Shown here one piece after another: positions 36,046 to 49,112 of a DNA stretch of 64,000 nucleotides. The position numbers and the translations under genes are program-made. Location: NCBI GenBank assembly GCA_043228905.1, contig JBHGNT010000002.1:8370001-8434000 (forward strand). Direction: 5' to 3'. Positions within the stretch are counted from its first letter, which is position 1. Each line of letters starts with the position of its first letter. This stretch comes from Azolla caroliniana (lineage: Eukaryota; Plantae; Polypodiophyta). The notes beneath the pieces are model-generated. The model was not told where the DNA came from. It did no database searches and saw only the letters and a program-made list of their open reading frames with translations.

Positions 36046-39000
36046 TGTAAAGAATCGAGTATGATTCTTGTGCAACGGAAGAGACGTGTGTTATATGTGT
36101 ATGTGTGAGAGGAAAGAGAGAAGAGAATAGAAACACAAAATAGATTAGATAGAATGGGAACACAATGAAGTACTCAAGAAGAAGAAGATGTATATTCACA
36201 AGTAAAATAAGAGATACAAAAATGTAGCATTACAAGGAGTCACAACCGACTTGATATGAAGTATGAGGAGGGTGCTTTATATATAGTCACCCTCTCTCTT
36301 CATTAACTAACTACAACAACCACTCTCTCTTGGGGAATGTGAAGACTCATAGTCATGGGGAATATGTAAATCATTAGTTATGTGTCATAGAATATGATTC
36401 TAAGACACATAGTTAATGTGTAGAGAGTTGTGGTATGACTCTTTACCTTTGAGTAATCATAGATTCTCAAAAGGTGTGTTCAGACGTTGCTCTATGTTGA
36501 GCTTGGTTCTCAACACGCCCCCTCAAGCTCAACTCGGGTCGGTTCCTTTTGATTGATGTTCGCTTTGACTGGTATCCGGTTCAGACGATATTTGATTCTC
36601 ACTTGTACTCCCCCTCAAGCTTGGCAAGTCAGGGATCGTCAATCCAAGGTCTGACATGAATTGTCGAATCTTGTCGGCTCCTAGGGCCTTGGTGAAGATG
36701 TTGGTTGTCTGAAGATTCATGTTGATGTGTAGAAGATCGACATATCCGGCCTAAACACGCTCTCGAATGAAGTGGTAGTGCACTTCGATATGCTTTGTGC
36801 GTGCGTGGAACACCGGGTTCCAAGCCAGATATATACTGCTCATGTTGTCGCAGTAAATCGGAGTTAGATCCTTGTGGGAACACCCAAATCCTTCAAAATC
36901 CTCTTGAGCCATACGGTTTCACATGTAGCTACGGTTGTGTCCCTGTATTCGGCCTCCATACTTGAAAGTGTGACGGTAGGCTCCTTCTTACTACTACAAG
37001 ATATTGCTCCGCTACCGAGCGAGAAGACAAATCTGGAGGTCGATCGTCGATCAGCTCTATAGTCGGCCCAGTTGGCATCCGTGTACCCTTCGAGTCAAAT
37101 TGGTGTGGCCAATGCGTAGAGGATGTCGTAATCCCTTGTGTCGTTCACATATCGTAATACTCGTTTAGCGCAATCAAATGGATATCTCGCGGAGTTTGCA
37201 TGAATTGGCTAAGGAGGCCGACTAGATAGTTGAGGTCGGGTCGCGTGATCGTGAGATAGATGAGGCTCCCGATCAGTTGTCGATATTGAGTTGGATCGCA
37301 CTCGTCTGTGCCGGAGTCGGCATCTAGTTTGAGGTTTCGATCAAGAGGGGTTGCCACAGATTTGCACTCTGTCATCCCGAACTTGTATAATAAGTTGAGA
37401 ATGTAATGTCGTTGAGAGATCATAATGCCGGTCGGAGTCTGAATTACTTCGATGCCTTGGAAGTAATGAAGTTCTTTCATGTCCATCATCTCGAATTTGT
37501 TGGAGAGGAGGGATTTCACCTTGTTGATGTTGACTAAACTTTCTCCTCCAATGACTAGATCATCCACGTATAGGATGATGACAATCGAGCTTCTAGAGTC
37601 ATTTCGTATGTAGAGGGAGTTGTCGGATTTCGACATTCGAAAGCCGATTTGATGAAGATATTGCGTAATCTTCGAATGCCAAGCACGCAGTGCTTGCTTG
37701 AGACCGTAGAGAGGATTCTTGAGTTGGCATACGACTTTCGGATGAATGTTGGATTCGAAGTCAGGTGATTGTACCATGTACACCTCCTCTTCTAATTCGC
37801 CTTGAAGAAAGGCATTCTTGACATCCATTTGGTGGAGGTACCACCCTTCCATCGTTGCAAATGTGATCACGGTCCGCACAGTCGTCATCTTTGCCACCGG
37901 GGCAAATGTCTCTTCGTAGTCGACTCCATGCGTCTGTGTATATCCTTTTGCTACGAGTCAAGCTTTGTAACGGTTTACGAAGCCGTCGGCGTTATACTTC
38001 ACCTTGTAGATCCATCTGCAGCTGATCGCCTTCTTGTGCGGTGAGTGGGGGAAAAGATCCCATGTCTTGTTTTTGGAGAGTGCTTGCATCTCCTCATTCA
38101 TCGCTTCAACCTATCTGGGGTCCTTCGCGGGTTCGGAAAACGTTTCCGGCTCCCGTACTGTGGCTACCTTCATCATAAAGGCGTAATGGTACGCCATATA
38201 ATCATTATAGCCGAATCGCCTTAGATCCGCAAACGAGAAGCTTCGCCAATCAACCTGTGAGAAGAACCATGTAACACTATTGAGGGAGTGAGTTGATTCG
38301 TTGCCGTCGAAGTGATCGTCTTCATACTCCGGCATTTTCGCCTTCCCTTTGTCCAGCTTTGGACTCGGCCGAGATGTGCTTTGATTGCTTGGAGGATCTT
38401 GTGGCCCACTAAACCTTTCCGTAATCGGGCTTTCTTCGAACATGCGCATGAGCCGATCTTCGGCTTCTATCTCTATTTCGGCGGATTCCGGGTTGAGCGG
38501 AATCAGAGTCAAAGTTGTCTCTGGTGCATACCAGGATGCGGACTCGTCGAAAACGACGTCTCGACTTACTCAAGCTTTTCGAGTTGAGGGGTTATAGCAC
38601 TTGTACCCCTTTTGCTCTAGTGAGTATCCTACGAGAATACATTTCTCCAACTTCAGGTCGAGCTTTTGTCACTTCTCATCGGGGATGTGCACATATGCAA
38701 TGGAGCTGAATATCCGAACATGTGATAGGTCCAGCTTCTTTCCGAAAAACTTCTCGTGCGGAGTAAGTTCATGCACACCCAATGTCATACACCGATTCAT
38801 GAGGTATACGGCCGTGTTAGCCACTTCTGCCTAGTACGACTTCGGCAGGTGTTTTTCGTTCATCATGGCTTGTGCTACTTCGAGGATGTGCCGATTCTTT
38901 CGTTCGGTGACTCCGTTTTGTTGTGGCATATGTCGACACGAAAACTCTCGCCGAATTCCTTCTTTCCGTAGAAAAGCCGAAAATTCGTCAAAGAAGTACT

Positions 39001-40358
39001 CCTTGCCTCCATCCGACCGAAGACATCGTACATGTCGGCCCATGGCTTTCTCGACTTCATTCTTAAATCTTTGGAAGTGTCCGAACACTTCGCTCTTTTG
39101 CCGCATGGGGTAGATCCAGGTGTGCCTAGAGAAGTCGTCAATGAAGGCCACGTAGTATGGGCATCCGCCGAATGTTGTCGTCTGAGCTGGACCCCATACA
39201 TCGGAATGAATTACGTCGAGTATGGCTTTGCTCACATTCCGCTCCTTCGGAAATGGGTCCGATGTTGCTTGCCGAATTGGCAAGTGGCACATGCGCCTTC
39301 AATCTCTTCCTCCTTAAATGTCGGGAGCCCGATGGCGACTCCTTTCGATTGCATTGCCTTGAGCTTTTGGAGGTTGATATGGTCAATCCGCGTGTGCCAT
39401 AACTCTATGTTGGAATCGGCTTTCATGCCCTTTGCGAACATGGCCGATTTCATCTCGTGCGAGTCGAGAATGAACATTCGGCCCTCTCTTCATCCACGAG
39501 CGATGAGTCGGCCCTCTTTTTCGATGAAGGAACCGCCTTGATTTAATCGTACTTGCATCCCTTGTTGCGTAGTTGGCGTCTTTCGGGTCGGGTCGTTTTC
39601 TTGTGCTCCTTTGATATAACCCCAATAGCCTTGGCCGACAAGGTATTGGTGCATCTTGTACTCCCAAGATGCAAAGTTGTTTCGATCTAGCTTCTCACTA
39701 GGGAGAGCGCTCCCCATTTGAGTATTCATTGTTGATGAAGATTTCTTCCTTCTTTTCTTTTCCTTCTCTCTCGAATACGAGGTATGTAGTCCCACTACGA
39801 TAGCGATGGACCGGTTCTTCTCGAACCTCAGCGTAGAATACAACACACGCGGATGGGCTAGATCGAGCTACCAAACCACTTTGATACCATGTAAAGAATT
39901 GGGTATGATTCTTGTGTAGCGGAAGAGATGTGTGTTGTGTGTGTATGTGTGAGAGGAAAGAGAGAAGAGAAGAGAAAGACAAGATAGATTAGATAGAATG
40001 GGAACACAATGAAGTACTCAAGAAGAAGAAGATGTATATTCACAAGTAAAATCAGAGATACAAAAATGTAGCATTACAAGGAGTCATAACCGACTTGATA
40101 TGAAGTATGAGGAGGGTGCTTTATATATAGTCACCTCTCTCTTCATTAACTAACTACAACAACCACTCTCTCTTGGGGAATGTGAAGACTCATAGTCATG
40201 GGGAATATGTAACTCATTAGTTATCTATCATAGAGTATGATTCTAAGACACATAGTTAATGTGTAGAGAGTAGTGGTGTGACTCTTGACCTTTGAGTAAT
40301 CATAGATTCTCAAAAGGTGTGTTCAGACGTTGCACTATGTTGAGCTTGATTCTCAACA
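36046..40358 (-). mobile_element. Ty1/copia element with both LTRs (36046-36515, 39890-40358) and a gag-protease deletion
   Basis: Perfect 5-bp TSD CTAGA; PBS TGGTATCAAAG; PPT GAGGGGGCG; integrase (RSDGGKEY), RT (ILYVDDL) and RNase H. The LTRs differ at roughly 20 positions by manual count. Confidence 0.97.
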
Positions 40359-41419
40359 CTAGAAAACCTATTTATATAACATGGTTGCGTTCATGCATGC
40401 TCACCACCTTACAACTATGATTGATCGCTACCTGGCATTTAGTCAAGCATGTCATTTAGACTGTAGACCACTCAAGTTACGTAGGTAGTAGTTTGTAGTT
40501 CATCCAAGGCCACAATGAAGTTTTTGTTAAGCACAATGTGGTTTCGACTTAGTATTTCCTGCTATCTCCAAGTACCTTCTTTGAGTGTTTTCCACCCTTC
40601 GTTCTACATGGGGTGTAGTTTGCATTTTGTGATTGCACGATGGTGATAGTTAGAGACCCAAAATTTTCTACTCTTGCACTATGGTGTGGAATAGCTTGTT
40701 GTTAGTGGGTCACACAACATTTCATTGTGTTGTAGGCATATGGATGTGGTTTAGTTGGAACTCTAAGGTTTCCACATAAAGTGCAATGTGTCTTCATGTT
40801 GTTTCCTTCTAGAGAGTTTCATATTGTAACACAATGACCTTCTCAATTAGGGAGGCTTCATGGTTCGATACCAACTTGATATTAGGGACACCAATTGGCT
40901 TGCACTATGTCTTGTTCGTAACGGGTTTTAAGTGATCACTCAGAGGATCTATGAATGTGTGAGTGGAACCACTAAGGTTCTACACTAGGAGATGATTGAG
41001 AAGGGAAAATATGATAAACTAAGGTAGATATATTCTAAGAGAAAGATTTTGATAAACGACACAATTCAAGATTATATCATCATAATAAAAATTTAGATGG
41101 TTACAATGTCAAGAGCTTTCATAAATTCTTTGAGTTTGGTCCTCTCTCTTAATGAGATGCCCTTATTTTGGAATTCTTGTGGACTAGGGGCTAATCATGT
41201 GCAACCCCTCGGTGCACAAGCTTTTAAATGGGGTTCCCCGTGCACTAATGGCTAAGCATGTGCCACCACTAAACATTGTGTTTGTTAAACAAAACGCCAA
41301 GGAATACGTAAGAGGCATGTGTCACCACTAAACATCGTGTTAGTTAAACACAAAGCCAAGAGAACGCATTCAATAATGCTTGATTACCAACAAGTTGGAG
41401 GTTTCTGAGATTTATATTG

Positions 41420-43650
41420 TTTTGAAAGGAGGGAAAATCAATTGGAACAAAAGCAAGGGATTTTGGGTAAGTTCAAACCCATGGCCTCTTTGGTGCCCTA
41501 ATGCTGATTTTCAATGGGTCCCCAATGGAATGGCTGTTAAATATTTGGGTTTTTTGGTGGGCGTTGAGACACCCAAAAATCAGCAACTTGAGCAAGTGAA
41601 AGACAAAATCAGAAAAAAGCTTCGGGTGTGGGCATCAGTAAAGCTCTCTCTTGCAGGTAGGGTGGTCGTGGTAAACCACATTTTGTTAGCCACCATGTGG
41701 CACTCGGTGGCATGTTGGGTGTTAGACAAAACTTGCATCAAAAATATTAAGGCAATGGTGAGAGGGTTCCTATGGTCGGGTAGAGATCATGAGAGGGCAT
41801 CAGCTAAAGTGGCGTGGAGTTGTTTGATCAAGGCAAAAAACCAAGGTGGACTTGGGTTGGTGGATCCAGTTCACCAAAGTAAAGCTTTACTAGGTAAGCT
41901 ACTTGTGCGAAGTTTACAACCTGGTCCTGAACTGTGGAAGTTGCTTCTTAGGGATAGAGCTGACCTTTGGTGTCCAAGGAATGGCGGCCCTTGGAAGGCA
42001 AAGTTGTGGTGGTTGTTCAGTCCAGATTTAAAGCTGAAACAACCAAATAGCATGGAGGACAGGGTGGCCCGTGCCATAATGATGGCTTGGTCAAGTGTAA
42101 GAGATGGGTTGGTCTTAATGCAACCGAAAACATTGGAGGAACAACTCCGACAACCGTTATTTTGGAACCCTAGGATTAGAAACGAGGACGGCATGATGCT
42201 TGGACAGAAAAAATATTTGCCATGGGGCCGCATGTTAGGGTACAATGTTAGTTCAGTAAGAGAGTGGGATGTTTTCAAAATGAAGAGGAGGGAGGGTCAG
42301 TTTGGTAGCATTTCTTGTAGGCTTGAGAAGGTGACCCAACTGATAAATAAGGTTGTTGATGGTCTAGATAGGTTGGATAAGGAAGAGGGGGTCTGGTCTG
42401 GGTGGTTTGTAGGTGAGAGTGATGGACAAATTATCCGTGGCAAGTGTCCATCTAATGAATATCGTTTGTGGGGAAACCTAAGTGCTTTGTCCGACAATGG
42501 TCAGTGGTTGGCAGTGCGGGTGGCAGTGTTGGAAGGTAAGAAGTGGCAATTAAACCCAGACCCAGGGAAGCTAGATAATGATTGTAAACTATGGCTATTG
42601 GACAACAAGCCTCTACATGATTTGGAGTGGGATCCACTAGAGGTATGGTGGCAAAAACCGGGAACGAACAAACTGGTGGGGTTTTTTTATTATAGTACTA
42701 AGCTCGGAAGGCAAATCATTGGCTCCAAATCAGTGGGTGCTGCTCAAACTCGCAATAGTTGGAGGGATAAAGGCATATCAGATGACTTGTTGAAGTCGTT
42801 TTGGCGGAGACTATGGGCATCTGATATGCCAGAAAAAATCAAGGTGTGGTTTTGGCTTCTTAGTCATAAGGCGTTACCGGTAGGGGAGTGGATGAGGTCT
42901 CGTGGTGGGGAGGCTGGTTGCCTGTTATGTGGTCACTCTTTGGAATCGATACCTCACTGTTTTTGGAATTGTGCAGAGGCAATCAGCATTTGGGGTCGAA
43001 GTCTCAGGATAGTGGCAGCATGCGGGGTGAATGGGAGAGTTGTGTGGGGATCCTTACAGGGTTTGAAACTAACTAAGGAAGGTTGGGCGGAACAATTAAA
43101 TCCACATGGTCATGGTTTTATATTGCAGGGCGGCAGTGTATTCAAAAGTGTGGGAGTAGAACCTGGTACAAACTCTGGTTTTTTTGAGGAGATATGGATG
43201 TTGGTGGCATGCTTCTCGGTCTGGCACATTTGGACCAGACGATGTATGCTGGTTTTTCAGCAACGAAAACTCCCAAGCGGTGAGGTGTTGCTAAACATTT
43301 GGTTCGAGCTGGTATCTTGGCTGCGCGGACAGTACAACTCAATTGAAGGGAACTCGGATGCAGCAGACAGGGCTCGCTCAAAGTTTTTGCTGAAATGGGG
43401 TCGCTCTCCTATGATGGTTAATTCAGCGTCTGGTCCTAAATGGAATTACCAAGCACCAAGATGGCTGTTTCCGCCATTGGCTTCGTTGTGAATATGTGGT
43501 CACCATGGTGGTCACTATGTAAAAAGAGGCAGTGGGTTACTCTTGTTGTAAATAGTTAGGTGAGGATTATGCTGTTTTGATTATGGCTGTTCTTCGATGT
43601 AATTCTTTTGCTACCTAATGGGAAGTAGTGTTTTTTTGGAAAAAAAAAGA
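41420..43650 (+). mobile_element. 5'-truncated L1/Tx1-type LINE (ORF2 C-terminal part, ORF 41380-43491)
   Basis: Motifs KYLG, LSLAGRVVVVNHIL, VAWSCL...GGLGL and zf-RVT (CLLC...HCFWNC). An A-run lies at ~43640. No TSD was resolved. Confidence 0.88.
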
Positions 43651-45809
43651 GAGATTGATGGAGTTTGATGGTGTTTTTGGTGACATTATTAGTCCACCTA
43701 CATCGGAAAGAATAAAAAGGTACAGAAGAACAAATAAAAAGTAAATTAGATAACATACTAAAAGCTGAAAAGGCATTAAGTATAAAAGAATCCAAATTTT
43801 AGTGTGTATATGGGACTTGTGATTAAAGAGAAGAAAAAATGATGGATGAAAAGTGTCAAGAGAAATATTTTTCCAAAACAAAACAATCATATATATTCAT
43901 TGTAGTCTTTTAATTTGTGATGTATACATTGTTACCATGCCTTTTTTATGAGGCTAATGTCATAAGGAACGGAGGTGCACTAGAATTACAAGCTCTTTTA
44001 GGGTTTGAAAAAAAGTTGTGAGGCATAGCTAGAATCAAGAAAGGACTTTACAACTAAAAAATCCAAATAGAACTTACCATATAATCCATGTCCAAGGGCA
44101 TGAGCTTTTCAATTGAAAATTATTGCATATAGAAGAACATCACGACGAGTTTGTAAATACAAGCAATCAAACACTAGTTTCTCAATTGTAACAAGAGTAC
44201 TAAATTTTCAAATTTGTCTAATCTCCCCCTTTTTCTTGTGCTAAAGTCCTTTTATGAAGGTTTTTAGAAGCTACTTTGGGTTGGTACTTTCTTTAATATT
44301 TCAGTTTCAACTTTTTCCTTATTTATTTGTGAAATCATATGATTACTTGGACAATGGTCGATGATGCGATATCCGTGTGTTTGTTGTCATGGCACGCTAG
44401 AAATATAGTTTGATTTATCACTTTTGGGATGTAGTGGTAACACCTCACAAAGCCATCTATCCTTGCTACATGAAAAAGAATTGCATATCCATCCCTTAAA
44501 CACATTCTGTCTGATTAATAAGAGGCATCATCTAAAATCTATGTTTTTTGTCTAGCCTCATAGAAAGCGGCGTTAAGCTTGTTTATCCAAGAGCCAAAAC
44601 TAATGTCCTAGAAATGGTACCACAAAGGCCTCTAATAAAAAAGATGATTTTATGTTTGGTTTTGTTTAATTAATTAACAACTTTCCTTATATGTTAATCA
44701 AAGTTAATGAACACGCAACTCCATGCTTTTTTGTTTGGTCTCATGCTAGTATCCAACAATGGTCTTTATCTAGTAGTCATGATTGAGTTATTTTCCAGAT
44801 GGAAATGCAATCCAATAACCATTATCCACATTGAAAAATTCATCTAGGAGGCATACACCAAGCAATTACAATGTTCAATTCAATAGTGATATACCATGTG
44901 AGTTTTGAGCTAGGGGCCTACTTAAAATGTCACTACTTCAAGCCATTCTCTTCCAGAACATTTATCAAACAACACATTTTCATCAAATAGCCACCCAATA
45001 ATCATTTGCTATATGGGAGTATTCATCCAATAGCCACACACCACATGGAGAGATCCATTTGAAGACATACCATTGTCATCTCATACACGTGGAAAGGTTT
45101 TAGCCAATAGTCACAGACCACACGATGATCAAAGACCTTTCTTCATATTAAGGTGACATGAGCCCACGTGGAAGAGACCATCCAACACTGATGCATCAAG
45201 TTGGAGAAGGATCGAGGGTCATGTGTGACCATGTCAAAGGGGTCCAGTCACATTGGCAACCAGACAGAGTGTTGCCAGATTGCGATCATCAAATGCCTCT
45301 TCCGGATCTCGAGCACTCATCAACGCGGAAATCGTACACTCCGATACATGTTAGAGCCCATCCCATTGTCTGCCATTCGAACCATTGCTTCCATGTGACT
45401 TAACTCACATGCATTGCAATGTGAGACGGGGCATTGAGTTACAATCCTAATGTGAGATAGATATCTTTTAAACATCCGAGGGAAACTAATTGCAATCTAT
45501 AATACAAAGCCAAACTCATAGGCGAGAGAAATGATGATGATATACATAGTGTGGCCTCTTGAAAGGCATGTCAGGAAGCCATATCTCTGGGTCAGAGAAA
45601 TTAGGTTACACATCATACACTGGCCGGCGTGGAGAAGCTTTAAAATTTGAGTAGCCCATGTGACTTCTGAAAAGACCTGGACCATCTGAAAGACTTGGAA
45701 CATCTGAACATCCCAAAGACTTGGATCTAATCCTAAACCACTTTCAATGAACCAAAAAGCTCTATACATATTGAGACATCAAATTCCACTCCCACACACA
45801 GATAGAGCT

Positions 45810-46676
45810 ATGGCAGCTTCAAGCTTCCATGGCCTAGCAGTGCATCCTTCAACCCTTATGATTCAGACAACACTCAGTCACAGCAAGTCGCCTCATGTGA
45901 ATAATCAATGGAGATGCTCTGCACCTGAAGCACCCACTATGCATCGCAGGAAACTAGGGTTGAATTTAGGGTTAGGGTTAGGGTTAGTGCTGCTACAACG
46001 GAAAGCTAACGCAGAGGTTTCGGTGGGGTATCGAAGGCATATCGATACATTAGATGGGTATGCGTTTAGCTATCCTGAAGGATGGATTGAGGTTCGAGGC
46101 TCAGGTGCTGACATTTTCTTCCGTGATCCGATTCATTTGGATGAGAATGTATCGGTGGAGATGAGTTCGCCTTCTTCTTCGAGGTATAAGGATGTGGGTG
46201 ACCTTGGAAGCCCTGAGGATGCGGCCCGGAAGGTCTTGAAGCAATACCTCACCGAGTTTATGTCAACAAGAATTGGTGTCCGTCGCGATTCTGAGATCTT
46301 GTCTTCCGCCTCGAGAATTGCTAATGATGGCAAACTCTACTATGATATCGAGGTATGCTCCGCTTGCTTTTGCTTCAATTTTCAAGAACAAAAGAATTGG
46401 GTTATTTCTGAAGGTTTGCTTAGGTTATTTTTCATAAGGTTTGCCTCGAAATGATGCCAGGTTAATGTGAAGTCGTACGCCAACAATAGGCAATTGGCTG
46501 TGATGCCAGAGGATAGAGTTGTGCAGTTGGAGTGGGATAGAAGATATTTGTCTGTATTGGGTGTTGAGAACAATAGACTTTATGAACTGAGATTGCAAGT
46601 TCCTGAGTATGTTTTTGCAAAAGAGGAAAATGATCTAAGGCAAACCATGGAATCCTTTAGAGTTTTCAAGGTCTAA
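45810..46676 (+). CDS. PPD1: PsbP domain protein 1, thylakoid lumen, 252 aa; exons 45810-46352 and 46461-46676
   Basis: Motifs DGYAFSYPEGWIEVRGSGADIFFRDP, YLTEFMSTRIG and WDRRYLSVLGVENNRLYELRLQ. The transit peptide has a twin-Arg motif and an ANA cleavage site. The phase-0 GT-AG intron is 46353-46460. Confidence 0.95.
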
Positions 46677-48836
46677 CTAATAATGTAATGCTGTTTATTG
46701 GTATTTTTGGAAATCACTTTACAATCCTACTCCAATTCAAGGGATGTGATTCATTATAAAATGGTGTTCGAATTATTGATGTCGATAAGAAATTCAAGAT
46801 CTTGGGTGAAAGAAAGAAATTGAGTAGAAAAACGAGTTCAAATCACACGAAAAGAGCGATCAGTTGGAAGATGTCAGTGGTTAATGTGCTGATGTACCAA
46901 ACAACATGGTTGGTTTCTTATTGTCCGATCTGTGTTTTTCAGTACATATTTTTGTATGATATGGAGATCTATTTGTCGGAGATAAAGCTCTAGAATATCA
47001 TTCTCTATGCTCATTATGAAGTTTGAAGCCAATGTTGGTGTAGTTATGTTGCAACAAAGACATGACATGCATGGAGTTACTACTCTTGTGGAGTACCTTT
47101 TGCAAGTTAGCAAAAAATTGCTCATATATTCCGATCCGGGAATTACCACATCTGCTATAACCTCATCTTTTATATGCGTAAACTCCACCTATTGTCAATG
47201 AAAGTGGTTATGTACTGACTCATACAACTATAAAGTGATCATTTTGTTGGTGTGCACCCTTTCAATGCTGGTGCTTTTGGCAAGGCAATTACATACTACA
47301 AAATTCCAATGAGGCTTTGGTTGGTTGCTTGAAGATGGTATCAATTTGATTGACCACATTGTCATTCAAGTGGAAGTCTCGATTATGATATCTACTTATT
47401 TTAATGTACAAGCCTGCAAAGTGAAGGGTCTTGTCAGTGGACAATATCTCATTGTTTAACAATTGAAATACCACTTTGCTTACATAGTAACGGTAAGTGT
47501 GCGAATGTTTAATTATTCAGTGAATAGCACTTGTTTACATAGGCCATAATCACAAGTGGAATGCCCTTGTTTTTGTCATGGGATGAACATAATTTGTTGC
47601 CCACTGCCATGCTCATTCCTACCACACATGTGGTTGCGAATTGTTATATTTGTTAGCTTACGTTTTACTTATGTAGTGCCATCCCTAGTTGATTTAAACA
47701 CATCATTGTCAACCTTAGCCATCTTTTACTACATTCTCACAAACATATGCAATGATCAATAGTATGATACATATGTTTGTGAAAGTTGGTCAATTGTAGC
47801 ATGGCCAATGATTTGTGTAAGCATATTAATTTCAATAGCAATTTGTTCAAACATCTTTTGAACTTGGTATTATACCATATATTTATGATCTGCATGCATG
47901 AGAGAGCTTGAGAGCACATGTGAGTCCCATGATATAGGGGATGACTCCAAAATGCTTAGTTTCTTGTGGGATGAAGAGAGTGAGTTTCAATCGATTCTTT
48001 AAATTCATCATTCTCTTCTTTCAGTATGATTGCCAACATTTATCCATGCTTTGACATGAAAATGTTTTTTGATGCTCAAATACAAATTGAAAGTCCATTG
48101 CTTATTGCATGTAACCAAGGTTACACTCTTCCATATACATTTATCTAGTTGAATACCATTGTTTATGGATCAATTTTCAGGCATCGAGTTCTTTTTTCTA
48201 TTCATCTAATCAATTCATATTATATGAACATGCTCTGGGTCATTTACATTTAAACTAAAATAATCAAGAGTCATATCAAGGCCATTGATCAGCCAACCAA
48301 CGCTTGGGTGCCTTAAGATTGCATACATGCAAAGTCTGGACAAGGGGATCTAGATACAAACATTGTTCATGCCTAGGTTCTAAGGATCTTGTTTCCCTTG
48401 TGCAAATCTTATGTCTCCTTGCTCGGTTAGAATTTCAACCTCCAGGTATGAAAAATGAAGTTATAAAGCCATAATTAAAAATGATGAGTGTAAGCAATCT
48501 CAAAGTCAAAATATGAATGCATTTTGACAATGTGCAAGTTGAAATTGCTTAAGAGTATTTGCATATTAACCACAACTTGAGCTATCACTATAGATAGAAC
48601 TTGCAAGTGAAATCCGTACTGAAATTGTTACAAGAATGTTCAAGGTCAACGTACACAACCAACTGCTTCATTTGAGGGGTACTAAATGCTATAAATTTTC
48701 GACAACAATAGAGATGAGTAGTTTGTCAATGGTTTTCTCATCCGACTCGACGAGCGAGTTCAAATGAGGCATCCAATGACAAGGAAGAGATAGGTTGATA
48801 GATTCTATTATCGTCTTCAGAGTTCAAATATGACTT

Positions 48837-48848
48837 GTGAGTGAGTGA

Positions 48849-48887
<39 letters not shown>

Positions 48888-48906
48888 AAAGAAAGAAAGA
48901 AAGAAA
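48837..48906. repeat. Compound microsatellite (GTGA)n(GT)n(GAAA)n at the LINE 3' end
   Basis: Read directly. Confidence 0.95.
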
Positions 48907-49112
48907 GATATATTAACGTCTTCTAAGGCCAAAATTGGCCCATGAGACAAATGGTTTACAACAAAAATGGGATATTTACCCATTCATCGAAGTAAAAATA
49001 AAAATAAGATGAAAAATAGAGTTTAAGCTAAATAGTTCTAAAAAATAACAAACTTGTTTTATATAGAAACATGTTCTACTACAATGAAAATGGTGTTATA
49101 CAATTGTTATTT

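Noticed and set aside
44000-44260. Copia-like PPT/LTR relic (CTCCCCCTTTT)
   Set aside because: Boundaries could not be defined.
46960-48700. Possible DNA-transposase relic
   Set aside because: No diagnostic motif or termini were identified.
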